A stretch of DNA of 63,742 bases, counting the filler, from Licmophora abbreviata (taxonomy: Eukaryota), in NCBI GenBank assembly GCA_900291995.1. It is 11 parts of 11 records of this genome, joined end to end, with 100 filler letters (N's around TTAATTAATTAA, not from the genome) between each part and the next. Parts side by side here need not be neighbours in the genome. Positions count along the whole stretch, not along the records: positions 1 to 7,174 come from OLMU01003504.1; positions 7,275 to 13,547 come from OLMU01003505.1; 9 more parts are not named here. One strand, given 5' to 3'. Position 1 is the first letter of the stretch. Each line of letters begins with the position of its first letter. Below are positions 1 through 13,125 of this stretch, piece by piece. Below the pieces are notes generated by a model, which was not told the origin of the DNA, ran no database searches, and worked only from the letters and a program-made list of their open reading frames with translations. Position numbers and translations under genes: made by a program.

Positions 1-457
1 AATATACGAACATTATATACTGAGTGACCTCCCTGACAGAGGGATAATGTACAATAGTGTACTCTCAACGAGAGTGTACTCTGTATGAACCAAGGAAGTA
101 TACACGGTAAAATAAATTACGTGTACTATACTCTAGAATGTATACTAATGTTATTTAAAAGATACTATATCGTACAATGCAGTGTATTGTCGTCCTTAGT
201 ATCGTATGCGATACTGATCAATACTCCGAGTACTATCGTACTGGTTCATAGGTAAAAGACCTGCAAGTTAGTCGAGTGAGTCTACCACAAAATCAAGCGC
301 TAGAGCGATACGAGGCAAGCTCAAGCGGGGGGCAGCAGCGAGTCGAGTCGAGTCCACGTCGCGATGGCCTCACATGCCAAGGAAGCGTAGTATCCATCAG
401 TCTTTCCGTGCCGCTACACCAGCGCTCGACTTGTCGATCCAGTAGCAAGTGGAGGCA

Positions 458-3400
458 ATGAGTAGCAAGTCACAACGCCGCAATGGCTGGAAACGGATGT
501 TTGGAGTTTCGAAAAAGATACCCAACAGCACAGCGAATGACGGTGCTGCGATGGCCAATTCTGGAGAGGCGCTCGCGTCTTCACCACTCTTACCGGACAA
601 GGAATCTTTGAGCAGCAGTGGTCCCATGGAAGAGAGTTCCGACATAGTGGAGTATAACTTAAGAAAAGATCAGGATCTACGTGGCTCCAAGAGTCAGGCG
701 AGAATTGGACGGTCCCAGAAGATTGACAAAGACAACAATGCACTACCAGCGGCCAGCGAAACGACAAAATCGGCAAGGAAACCCAACGGCAGAAAGAAGA
801 AAGCCGCCGAGTCGCCAGCGGATTTAGAAAAATCTACTCCAGTAAAGAAAGAAGCAACCAAGCCGTATGTCGCCATGACTAGGACACGCTCAGCCCTCAC
901 CCGAACGTTCGGACGTGACTCATTGCCAGCCGTAAGTTTACTTTGCTCGAAGTGCGTATATGATGTTCCCGCCCAAATTCTACCCTAGGCTTTGCTTGTC
1001 GAGCTTATCGATCACATCTTCATCATTTTTCCCACTGCAGCAGAATTGGTTAGTTGAAGTGTCTCCAGCAGAATGGGACGCCGAGGCATATCGCTGGAAC
1101 TATCGGGTACTTGTGCGGCGCCGGACACATCAGAAAGATGCTTCCTTTCACGACGCCCCGTCATCGTTTGCCACGGCCTTCACATGGCGTTCGCTGGCAG
1201 ACTTTGGCTGGCTCGAGCAGGCTCTACGGGCGGAATTCCATGGCTCCTTGTTGCTGCCTTTGCTGAGCATCTATCTTGGAGTACCGAATGTGTCAAGCTT
1301 TGATCAGAATGAGGTGGATCCGACATTGTTACGAGACTGGCTGAGCGACACCATGAATGGAATACGTGGCCAAGGAGAAGTCCGCTTGCCCCAAGATGTT
1401 GACTTGATTGGATCCGAAGCAATGGAGGCATTCTTGTATCGAAATACCGACCCCCTGCCTGTTCTGTTTTCTAGCAACAAGCGTGTCCCGGTGGTATCTA
1501 AGCTGGACGATTCCTTGAGAACAAGCCCCGAAAAGGATGTGATTGGAGAGACAGACGAGTCCTTTGTAAGCTCCTTGTGGACAAAACCGTTGTCCTGCTT
1601 TCCCAGTCTGGATCAAATTTGCGATCCGCCCGCCGTTCCTCCAAGACAGACGACATTGACGAACAACTTGCCGCTGGAAATGATGAACTGCTCCTCGCGT
1701 GCTTTAGAGAGCGCTGTTAGCCTAGATATGCAAGACAGCTTTGTGGCAGCAGAGCCAGGATCGTGGATGGGTTGTTCTCCGTTGCATTCGCAGTTGCTCG
1801 AAGCCGAACGTGATCTTGTACTATCCTACCGCAAGACTGCCATGTCGGCCATGCTCAAGCTTCGAACACTGGTAGAGAATGAGATGGAATGTGGAGTGGG
1901 ATGGAAACGCCTCGCTATCTCTCTATCTAGCTTGTACACTTACGAGAAGGAACTGGGAAGCGTCCGACTGGACGAAACGAAGGGTAAAGAGAAGAAAAGC
2001 AGTCATCGGAAACTGGGAAAAAGCAGCGTCGACGAACTCTTGCGGCTCATGACGAAAAAGAAGACAGAACGAGCGACCTTTGGCCTGCGCGGACTTGACG
2101 GGATGTTGAGTGCTTATGTTGGGGACTTGAGCGCGGTGGCGCCAGCTCTCGGAGCGTACACAGATGCGGTTGTGCAGTTGAAGCAGCTCAAGCGTGCCAA
2201 GCAATCTCGAGGAAATGCAAACGCACCCAGAAAAGGCGCTCCTCTCCAGACGAAAAGTAAGTCAGGCTGGCAAAGTCATTTGAAGTCTATGGAGTCTACT
2301 TTTGTGGTGGTCAAGAAGCAAATGGGCGGTGGTTCTGTGAACACAGAAACTACCGGGACGATGTCTTCTGTAGATGAAGGGACCGCTTTGACGCAAATGA
2401 GGGCTTTTGAAGAACGTGTAATCGAGAACGAGGCCAGACTTGAGAAGGCTGTGACTGCTCTTTGTCGAGCCACCCCTACTCGCGCCTCTCGAATGGCTTG
2501 GAGTTTCTACAATGAGGAAACCAAACAATCACGTCAAATGACAACTGCTGCCCATTCTTTGCGAACGAAAATCAACATTATCGACCGTGACAAGCTTGCG
2601 TCCATGATTGAACGACATAAAAGGGAAGAAAAAGATGATGATGCAGCCGAGCTTGATCTGGTGCGCCGAATCGTCGAGCTTGGCAAGACGAAGAAGTTTA
2701 CCCGGTTCATCCCTGCAGGCAAGCAAGACTTATTTGAAAGCGAAGATAGCACAAGCTCATCAGTGCTTCGTGATGAGACGCTGACTTTTGCCAAGGAGAG
2801 GTTAGGAAGGTGGGATGCGAAGCTTGCTCTCGCCATAATGCAAGCCATCGGGGCAGGTGCTGATGCGGAAGTACGAGTTGACGAGACAACGCGGGATCTA
2901 AGACTTGTTCGGAAGTACGCCATCGGTTTAAGGGAGAGCCTCTCTCGATGTGTTGACGCACTGGATATTTTGAAGTCTATTGTCTTTCGTGGTGAAGTGG
3001 AAACAAAGAATGACATGTTTGCGCGGTCGACTTTCGAGAAAACGAAACACCTTCAGGATTCACGAGCGATGTCTATGGATAGTCTCGCGGAAGTGTTTAG
3101 CGGCAAGCTGCTGGACAAACAGTCTCCCGAGAAACCGAAGAGCGCGTCAATATCGATCAGTGTTCTGATGAGAGCTGGAATCGAATTGACTGATCACGCC
3201 GGATGGGTGGATTCCAGTGTAAAAGACAAGGTAAGTATTTGCGTTGGTCTCCCTACGGACCTCTTGCTCCTCCACAGGATGTGGTTACATGTTCTGAACT
3301 GTATTGTCTCTACTCTCAGTTTTCCGCTGGAAGTTGTGGAACAGCGCTCAAGGCCTACGCTGATTTCAGAGATTCCCGGACGGAAGTATTACTAGAGAAA

Positions 3401-4038
3401 TTGTCGGAATTGTTCGAAGGCTATCAGGGACGTGTGGAGGGCATCGAAAGCTACGTTTACATGGGATGCGTTGGTATCCAGCTGGAAAAGTTCTACAGCC
3501 AGCAGCGCACCGAGGCCCTTTCTGGTAAGTATCGTGTGCGCTGCGGACGCAAGGTTTCGTATTATCAGACGCTAACGTTGTTTGATGGCTCTCTCTCGCC
3601 GTAGCCTTCGAGCAAAAGACGGATATCAATACAGCGATTCACATCGCAACTCGAAAACGCCTCCCATTGCTTGTCAGCGAGCTGGAAACCAAACGTGAGA
3701 GGGTTGCCACTGTAACGCATACAGACGTAAAGGAGCTGAAAGAGATGCATTTGGCGAGCAAGTCACTAAAAGTGGAGCTCGCAGCACTGGCGACGCGGCG
3801 ATTCCTACGTGCCCGGGAAGCCAGTCAGGAGCTAGTCATTCAGGTCATGACGGAGTGGGCCCAGCGTAAGTGAGCGCTGTGCTCGTGGGACGGGCATGCT
3901 GTCTCGTGCACTCTCACTTTGCATGATTGTCGTCGTCGCTCTTCTATGATAGACGAAGAGGAAACTTCGAAGGAGGAACTGGAGATGCTGAGGCAAGCGA
4001 TGGATGAAGTAGGACAAACTTTTCGCCAGTGTACCTAG
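458..4038 (+). CDS. PX-domain-like large helical protein (sorting-nexin-like), 5 exons
   Basis: Exons ~458-931, 1041-3230, 3320-3524, 3605-3865 and 3953-4038 are joined by GTAAGT...AG introns, which links the ORFs at 449, 960, 3203 and 3667. The segment 'WNYRVLVRR...FTWRSLADFGWLEQALRAEFHGSLLLPLL' resembles a PX domain and is followed by long helical/coiled-coil regions. Confidence 0.6.
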
Positions 4039-4330
4039 CCAAGCAAACACATTATGCATCATATTTCTGCGATAACGACAAAAAATGCTGTAATCGTATT
4101 TGAGCGACATCGTTGGCCAATGAACAATTGATCGCTCATAGTGAGGTAGAGTTTTGCCAGAGCAGTTCAGAAAACAAGCTTACGTTCTGCTCCTCGCTGC
4201 CGCTCGCGCGGCGATGGTTGCTTCCGCTTTCGCCTTACCTGCTACCAGAGCATAACCGGTGCGCAGATCGTCCCCTATCCCCTGTAATCTGCAATAGCCG
4301 TTTACCCACCAGTGGAGAAAACTAGACCTA

Positions 4331-4393
4331 GTACTGATCATTCCGATGATTGAGGAGCTGGTACTGATCATTCCGATGATTGGGGAGACTGGA
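4331..4393. repeat. ~31-bp tandem duplication (gtactgatcattccgatgattg-R-ggag...)
   Basis: Two near-identical adjacent copies read directly from the sequence. Confidence 0.85.
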
Positions 4394-4519
4394 GCGCTCC
4401 CAGGTCATGAGCTATCTAGGTATAGGTTGATTATCGTCCAATCATAGCCTGGTGCTTGATTCATGAAAAATAAAAATACGTTTTGCTGCTCGTTTCATTG
4501 CAATAGGCCTACCTGTACC

Positions 4520-5552
4520 AGTATCGACTCTCGATGGTCGATGCATGTGGTCAATTTTTTCATCGGACTCAACTTGACTAGACTCTTTGTCACATACCTC
4601 GTTAGATACAACGTACTTCAGAAATATCATTGCAAACACGCGGGCTCATATTCACTCGTGTATGAATCTGCATAAATACAAAAAATGAAAGCGTGAAGTG
4701 ACCCTCGAGCAGTCTGAATTCTGAATTCGCAACGCGAGCGTTTGAAATGAGGATCACCTCCGGTCACGTTCGTGAACAGCGATGGCTCTAGAGGACGTAT
4801 CGCTTTCCCAAGCAAAATCAGCAGAGTATCGACTCTCGATGGTCGATGCATGTGGTCAATTTTTTCATCGGACTCAACTTGACTCGACTCTTTCTGCCAT
4901 ACATCGTTACTACGAAATACAACGTACTTCAGAAATATCATTGCAAACACGCGTGCATGCCGTTCTGCCCTTGATGAGGATTTATTGAGCGATGCCCTCT
5001 AAAATATCTAGCTGTGTGTGTGTGTGTGTTTAAGTAGTGAGTAGGTACATAAATTATCAATTACACTTTTACCGTTCTTTATGTACTCTTTCCGTATCAT
5101 GACGTTTTGTGTATAAAAATAACCCTACAACCATACCAGCGGCTATGGCACACGATGCAGCGACGTGAACGCATGGCCGTGTGATGCCACCCTCTGGGTG
5201 CCCGTGTGTGGTGGCGCCTTGAAAAATTCGAATTGAATCAGAAAACTAGAACCTCAAGCCATTCATGCCATTGAGCCACCATCATGAGTGCCTCAGAATC
5301 GCTGCAAGCGACACCAGCACTACCATGAGGCTCTTGATTTTTGTCTTGCTCGCGCGATTGTAGCTCGAAAGGGCTTGTTCACTCGTGTATGAATAAATCG
5401 AATCTCCATAAATACAAAAAATGAAAGCGTGAAGTGACCCTCGAGCAGTCTGAATTCACAACGCGAGCGTCTGAAATTAGAATCACTTCCGGTCACGTTC
5501 GTGAACAGCGATGTCTCTGGAGGAAGTATTACTTTCCCAAGCACAATCAGCA
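4520..5552. repeat. Rearranged local duplication A-B-A'...B' (degenerate coding relic)
   Basis: Unit A ~4520-4641 matches ~4825-4953, and unit B ~4650-4822 matches ~5378-5552. Copies differ by substitutions and small indels. Confidence 0.85.
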
Positions 5553-5570
5553 CGATAATTCTCTTGTACC

Positions 5571-8263
5571 ATGGGTTTTATTGCAGAAATGAGGCCACGA
5601 GGCCTGAACGGCATCCTTGTTGCTTCTGCGGCTCTGTACTTCCTTTTCCAAATGCGTCTCGCCAACTTACTGGTAGGCCGCGAGTACGAAATAGAGAGTG
5701 TGAGAACCGCTCTCCGCTCCTTTGCCTCGCCCCCTTCGGCGCGAAACTCGAACGTGAAGGTGATTGTAGTCGGTTGTAATAGACCAGAAGGACTTCTGCA
5801 GACACTCGAGTCTGTCAAGAATGCCGAAAATGTTATTGGGGTGTCCCTTCACATTTGTGTTGACGGCTGCGGGAACGAGGAAGTGGAGAAGCTTGCTCGA
5901 GACTACACCTGGCCTCATGGAAAGAAGACGCACACAGTTCGAGTAGAAAACTTCGGTCTTCCAAAGCACATTGCTCATTGCTGGGAGGATCCCCGGCCAG
6001 ACGAGTGGGCTCTGATTCTAGAGGACGACGTCCTTCTCGCACCCCAGGCGTTCTCGGCATTCCAGGAAGGCCTCAACATTCGTTCTGGACATCGCTATTC
6101 TGCTAACATCGTCGGCGTCGCATTGCATGACACCCGTGTGAACCAGTACTGTTGGAAAAAACAGGTACACGCGCAGGAATGCACCCAGATCCAGTCAACG
6201 TGTCAAACCATGAGTTCTGCCGATAGCATATTCGGGAGCTTACTCTGTACGGGTAAGGACGCGCCTGCCTCTTGGAAACTTCAGCAGTTTCCTTCATCTT
6301 GGGGTGCTTTCTATGAAGGAGAGGCATGGTCGACATTTCAAGAGTACTTCACCTTGCGAAATCGATTAACAGCTGGGGAATCTTTGGTCGTCGCCGTGCC
6401 ACATTCAATGTCAAACGAGTGGTCATCGTCCTGGAAGCAATTCTACATGGAGCTCATGTTCAACGCAGGCTGGACAATGATGTACCGATCCCATCCAAAT
6501 CAGATGGGCTTTTCATCCACGCTAAGGCACTCTGGCTCTCATACTACGAAAGATCAAGTCAAGGAGAGAGAGGCAAAATGTCTGATGAACCTTCCTCTCT
6601 GGAATTCTAGCTCATTTTTGCCGGACAGTCACTTAGCACAAGACCCGAACCAGATGAGATCCTATGACTACTGCAATGGTGACGCTCCTATTGAGGATCT
6701 TGTACGGCAGAGTACCTCTTTGACGAATCATCTCTATCAGCACTATCTCGAAGAAAATCGTGGGCCTACTACAATGGATCATGAGCATCATCCAGAACTG
6801 ATACAAACCTTGTCTGTCTTGCGGAATGCTAGTAGCAAAGGAAGTCGATACGGGTTGCCTCTGGATACAAATTCCAGTGTTCTTTCCACTGGCTATGACG
6901 CTGTGGGGGTCTCTCAGAGGGCGGAGATCATCATGGTTACATCTACAGGATCTTGGAGCCGAGACTTCAAGAACATGGTGACTCAATTCGAGAAATTCGA
7001 AGGTGTGGTGAGATTTATCGTTGTTGCCCCAGACGAAGTTTGCCGACGGCTTCGGGGGAACGTTTACGCCACTTGTGTAGACGAAGAGCATTTCCAGGAC
7101 GAAAATGGGAATCACCTTCCTCTCATCTCAAGAATGCTGCACGCTGCCGCTGATGTAGCATTACCAGGAGTGACNNNNNNNNNNNNNNNNNNNNNNNNNN
7201 NNNNNNNNNNNNNNNNNNTTAATTAATTAANNNNNNNNNNNNNNNNNNNNNNNNNNNNNNNNNNNNNNNNNNNNCTGATGTAGCATTACCAGGAGTGACA
7301 AAATGGTTTGGGATCATGAATGGAGATATCATGTTTGACGAGTCACTTGTTAAGACTTTGGCGACTGTTTCATCTTCCGATGTCTGCGTCAACGACGACG
7401 AGAAGTCTCGATGCGTGGTGACCGGCCAGCGCCATGATGTGGATTGGACAACAAAGAGGAGGCAGCTGCATTCCGAGTGGGGGATGGATTACTTCGTTTT
7501 TAACAAAGCGGGTCTGTCTTTCACTCTGAATGGAGGATTCATACCACCACTCACCATTGGCAGAGTACGGTGGGATAGCTGGTTGATGGGCGCGTTGGTC
7601 ACGAGCGATGAAATGAATGTGATTGATGCCTCTAACTCGTTGAACGTTTTGCACTACATGGACATGAGTGATGCATATTCGAGCAAGAGGAGTCGCGACA
7701 CCACCAACCTGAGACTCGCGGATGAGAAATTTCGACTGGGCCGGACAGACAATGCCAATTTCCGTGTTGGTGGCGGGGCGAATGGGACGTTAGTGTCTCT
7801 TGTCTCAACAAAGACCTCTCAAGATGCCCTCAAGAATAGCAAGTTTAGGTGGGAATTCGACCAAGAAGTTGAAAGGTCTACCGGTTACAATTTCACATCA
7901 GGTTCCATGCCCAAAGCATTTCTCCCGTGTTTCTGTGACCTGTTGACGGCGTTCTCTCCAACCATGGAGAGCAACCCATCTCTGAGTTCATATTGCCGAT
8001 CATCTGACTACCTAGCAGATACTCGGAAAGACGCCCCGCTATCAGAATCTGTTTTCATGCACCGTGAAGTCTTCGAACTGATCGCTGGAATGAATCTTGG
8101 AGAACTGAACTTGTCAAACAAGAATTTGAAGGGGTTTGAGGCCAGTGACAAGTCCTCTTGTTGTGTTCTAGCTACCGAATCGAACTTACCCACAACTGTT
8201 CCCGACCGCTTCTGGACAAATAGTCGTGCAGGCAACAATGCCATGTGCATATTAAAACAATGA
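5571..8263 (+). CDS. Type II membrane two-domain glycosyltransferase (GT2-like N-terminal domain plus a second GT-A-like domain), split by a false gap
   Basis: N-terminal TM anchor. Motifs LILEDD, QFPSSWGAFY and SWKQFYMELMF resemble plant/algal GT2-like proteins. The second domain has NGDI, GMDYFVF and IGRVRWDSWL. A 25-nt sequence (7150-7174 = 7275-7299) is duplicated across the spacer and joins the two ORFs in frame (...VALPGVTKWFG...). Confidence 0.75.
7175..7274. other. Artificial contig spacer N44-TTAATTAATTAA-N44 (also at 13548, 18262, 32321, 33808, 47366, 49319, 50887, 56487 and 60003)
   Basis: Ten identical 100-nt blocks whose core carries stop codons in all six frames. Confidence 0.98.
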
Positions 8264-8447
8264 TGTGTATTCTTGCCGCAATCGGGATTTCCTAGCTTTC
8301 TAGCATGTGGGTAAAGAAATAGTCGCTTGCTTCAACTAGTCTTGATTTAACGTTAGACACCACGCTGCGCAGTCATCGTTAGCTCAGAGGTAACAAGATC
8401 GCCAAGACCTTGTCCCGAGCTACTACAGTCGTGAACTGCTTCTTACT

Positions 8448-11400
8448 TCAGAGCTGCCAGAGTTCATCATCCACCGACAGGCGACTCCAGCGGTTGCAAA
8501 CCAAGCTTGCGTTGTAGAGATCGTCTCTCGTCAAGAACGAGAAGATTGCGAGAGCAGTAGTTTTTGGTTGCGGTGCGTTGTCTCCAAAGAACGGAAATGT
8601 TTTCTCCTGAACACGAAAAAAAGGGATCTGTGTGAGTCACGGTATTGTAGCAAATCTACAGTTCTCGTAGTACTCGTCGAAGCGTCCATACCTCAGCCCC
8701 TGGAGTAATCAGGCGCTTCTTCCTGCTTGATTGGGGATCATACCCCAGACGAAGTGCGGGAGTACTGCGAGGGGTCGAGATCATGGGGGTGCCATGCTGC
8801 ATGGGATCGCTAAATGGGTGAAGGAGCCCTGGACCTCGAGGGTGTGCAGCATGATACATTCGGTGGCTTGCGTGTGGCATATACCCGGGAGTGACAGGTG
8901 GCATCATTGATGCCGCATTGTATCCCATGTGATGTCCCATCATGAGAGCGGACGTCAGATAAGGATGATTGCGTCCATGTGGTGGGGCTGTCGCAGGGCT
9001 TGGCTGAACCATCTGGGCTTGCATAGGTAGCCCTGTCGCTCGACTCATTGGAGAAGGATGTGGAGCCATTCCGCGGGGAAGCGACGTAGGGATGCTACGC
9101 GGAGCATGGCCGCCTCCTTTCCATGCCTCGGCGGCGACCCGCATGGCGAATTTGGCTCCCGGAACGTCTTTCATCTTGCGTCTTTTGTCGATCAGAGCTT
9201 GCGAACCAACGTAATTTTGACATTTTTCGCACTTGCACTTCTTGCCGCACATCACACCCGCTTGGAAGCACTTCGTATTCGGGTGGTCACACAATTCGTG
9301 AGACTTCACGTCTATATCCTATTCATGTGCTGCACACTGTCACGACGAGCTTACCTCGCAATATTTCTTCAAACACGCCGACTTCCTGCATTTGCATCCG
9401 ATATTGTGGCCATCCGGCGAGTTGGTCTTTCCTCCGATTCTCTGTTTGAAAGCATGTGGGTTCTTCGCGCGTGTTTCCTGCATTGCCTTTCTCCGAAGGT
9501 GCTCCTATTCAGGTAGAGACAAGGCGAGTGCTTGCATGAGATGAAATGAACCCGGAAGCAGAGAGACACCAGCAGCGGAACAACAAAACTTACATAATCA
9601 GCCGTGTTCTTGCAGTCGACGCAGTTGCATCCCTGACAGTAACGCTCCGCGGAGTAACACTCGCAATACAATTTCAGACACATAGACTTCTTGCAGTTGC
9701 AGGGACCGCGGCCCTGAGCTGAGTCGGGGGTCCTATTCTCTTTACCGCCAGAAGCGGGCGTGGCGCGGCTACCAATCGAAAGAGCCGGTCCAACAACGCT
9801 TGTCACTGGCGTCTGCTTGGGTGTGCGTCCCGGGATGGCAGGATGCATAAGATGACGTGAAGAGAAATTGTTTGTGGGCATGCGAGCTGCGGTCGGCGTG
9901 CCATCTCCAACCTTGATTGGCGTCGTCAAACCTGTCGCCCTCCCTCCAGACCGGACAACAGGAGTCTTCTTCACTGACGAAGCCTGACGTGGTGCGGAAG
10001 GGGTTGTTGCCGTGCGTAGCATGGTGTTGATATCATCGAGACTCTGCCTCGTTACACCCTTTTGCGGACCACTGTCGCCAATCTGAACCGAGTATAAGAG
10101 AGGGGGGTGTTAGACGACGGCTGGCACTCGATAGCTGGTACGAAACTAGTACTGTAGCTCACCTGAAGTCGAAAGCGCGATGATGCAGAGCCTGGCGTGT
10201 TGGCCCATGTCTGGCTCGTTTGTTTCATGGAAGAGCCAGTTTGCGATGTCACGGGCGATGCCATTAGTGGCCGTTGACCCCTTGAGGCACTGTGAGACTG
10301 CATACGTTGTTGGCTACTCGGTGGGCCAGCTGACGGGGGGTACCTCGGCCTATCGAGACAATAGAAATAGTAGCGTTCTTTGTTAGGAAAGACAGCAAGC
10401 GCGCGCCAAACACACTTTCGCAAAGACAACATAGCTTACATTGAATACTCGTCCGCCATGGGCGACCCACGAAGTCGCCCTCCTCCTGGCATGGGAGAAA
10501 AGTTTCTCACAAAGCTCGAGAACGGTGAAGCAGCTCCAGCTGGCGGCCGATCGCGTCGCTGTTGAATAGAAGGGGGCGCCCGTGCCTCATCGCCCAAGGG
10601 AGAGCGATTTAGATTCAAGCGCCGATCAAACGGAACGCCGGGGCCAGCACCTACTTCAGGCAAAGGCAGAGTAGGGGAGTTATCAGGGAAACCTATCATG
10701 GGTGAATATTCGTCATAGGGGCTCATCCCAAAGCTACCGTAGTTGCCAATTCCTGGTGTTCCGTGATTGGAAAACAAAGGCGATCTCTTGAATTTCTGTG
10801 GAACGACAGTGAAGGAAGGTTGTCTGGATGAGTCTTCCAAGCCACACAAGAACATTTGTGTCAAGTTCAATTGCCATCATTGTCATACCTTGGCAGACCC
10901 CTTCTCCAGAGACTGCGGTGGCGACCGAAACGGCGAGCGGAGCAGGTCTTCGCCAGACTGCAGGAGGAAAAGACAGAATACGTGAGTCTCGACGACGTCC
11001 GAAGTGAAAATGTATCAGGAAAGTAAAACACAGACTCACCTTGAGACCCTTGGGCTTTTCCGGAGTCCTACTGGCACTTGGAACACTAGGAGGACTGGAT
11101 CGCGCCGGCAGTTTGGAATCGTGCTGTTCAGGCCAGGAGTCCGCTGGCGGCTGGTACGGCGGAGCCCCGTATCCTCCTCCGTAGCCATAATTGTACGGCG
11201 ATGGATAGTAGGAAGGAGGAGGATGTGGCTGCGGCGAAGGGCGCCGTTGATACGTCGGCATCATTGGAGCCATGGGAGAAGCTTGCTTGCTGCGGCGAGG
11301 GGGAGATGAAGCCATCTCGTCCTCCGCAAAGGATCCAAGATTGAGACATTCAGCTACATTGGGACCAAAGTAGTCAGTGCTAATCCGTTCCACGTCCAGG

Positions 11401-11492
11401 TCAGCACCAAGAGATTCCGCATAGGTCAAACCCCGCTCCATTTGATGGCGATGGACATGGCCTCCTGGGCCTCGGCTTCCTCGTGGGTCCAT
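8448..11492 (-). CDS. CRC (tesmin/TSO1/LIN54-like) domain protein with a C-terminal F-box-like motif, 8 exons
   Basis: Exons 11492-11040, 10957-10889, 10795-10440, 10349-10163, 10082-9594, 9504-9355, 9270-8692 and 8606-8448 splice in frame. CXC1 is [16 protein letters not shown], the linker is KNPHAF, and CXC2 is [33 protein letters not shown]. The last exon encodes [31 protein letters not shown]. Confidence 0.88.
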
Positions 11493-13125
11493 GGTTCTTG
11501 GTTCGGTCTGCGTGCAACAAGAATGAATTGGGTGGCGACGGTGGGATTGAATGAGTGTAGTTGATTGCAGTAAAATGGCCGTTGAACGCACAGTTACGAA
11601 TAAAAAAAGGGAAGAAATGAAGCGTGAGACAAGCGTTCCAAGAGCGGCGCGAGCGCACGCAGTCGTGAATAGATGCGTACCAGAGTTTCGGAAGCTCTAC
11701 GAGCCGTTGAAGGCGGAACCGTGGGCCAGGCTGCATTTTCTTCAGGCGACGTGGCCATCAAGAGATCGCCTACTAGAGGCAGTCACCATGGGTGCAGGCC
11801 GACGACTCTCCGTCGGACTAAAGAGGGCAGAAGGCTCTGTCAAACTAGCGGCGCGAGATACAGGCGATGCCCGCCTCTGAGCAGAAATCGATGTCCCTTC
11901 TTGTGCATTCTGATCAGCCCCTCGCAAATGTGACGACGGTGACGCCGCCTTTTCTTCCCCTTCCGCGCTGCCGACTTGACTGCGAGTTCGCAGCGGCATG
12001 TTCGCAATGACTTTCCGGTAAAAGCCCAGTTCTGGCTTTGTCAATCTTGCCAAAGGAGTCGTGAAAATTCCCCTGATCTGCCACTGTACCTCTGATCCTC
12101 CCAGAGGGTTCTGTGGTCAGCGATACTGATCGGACTGAGCGAGCCTCTGTTTTTGTTGCTCTGCTGCAGGACCCCTTTCCCCAATCAGTGCAAGTCGCGA
12201 GACGAGTTTCTCTCGTTTCGCCGGCTCTCGCGGTCTCAAATTAGGTCCCTCCGTCAATGAACCGACTTGACTCGATGGAAAACGACCAGGCCTCTTGTAC
12301 AATGACTTCAAGAGTAAGTCGAAAGATGACAGCAGCACCACCGCGCAATGTCGGCAATCAATGACGGTCACACTCTCCTCCTGTTGCCAGCCTGTGTGGA
12401 GAGACACACCGCGCTGCTTTTGAGGAGACGTAGGAACTGTACGTCTTCCTACGCGATACTCTCACGAAACATGCATGTTCCCGCCAAAAAAGCAAGAAAA
12501 AAACAAGACTCGAGAAAATGTGTGTATTCGTATACTAATGTATTATTATACTAAGTAGAAAGAGAACGGATAGATTTCTGCGACTTTTTTGACGTGCTAA
12601 ACTTTTTGAATGTGCGTAGTATCGCCAGAACAATCCAAGTCGCGCACGTTGGAAACCGCTTCCGTTTATATAACTATAATAGCATGTAGGATGCTATAAA
12701 GTCAGCAGGCCAAATTTCTCGAGGCTCGTCGATGCGAGGCGGATGACAGACCACAGGATCCCGACCAGTCACGTCAGGATCACGTGTCCGGGACTCACTC
12801 GACTGACTGACTCGCTCGCGCGGCTTATCTTTTTTGACGTGCATCTCACAAATCGATCGCGATCGTGAACAAAAGATGGAGGACAACAACGCTAACGTTC
12901 TTAATCACAACGTGACGACTATCGCCCGGCGTTTCGTTGCTTACACTAAGTTGACTTTATTTGCTTGCCAACATCTCACTTGCCCGTCTTCACAAGCGAA
13001 AAGAAGGCATTCCAAGACCCGAACTGGCTGGAGCCGTTTCTGCTTGTCCGTCTGAACTACACCTCTCAGTTGGCTTACATCTTTGATTTCTCAATCGATA
13101 CATTTTTCATCACGCATTGTATCCG

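Noticed and set aside
4331..4393. CRISPR-like direct repeats
   Set aside because: Only two abutting copies, no unique spacers, no cas genes, eukaryotic context.
7219..7230. TTAATTAATTAA recurring ten times
   Set aside because: Always embedded in N44 flanks; a synthetic six-frame-stop linker, not a biological repeat or CRISPR.
11500..13100. Numerous short ORFs in the long intergenic region upstream of the CRC gene
   Set aside because: No motifs, codon bias or splice structure; treated as promoter/UTR.
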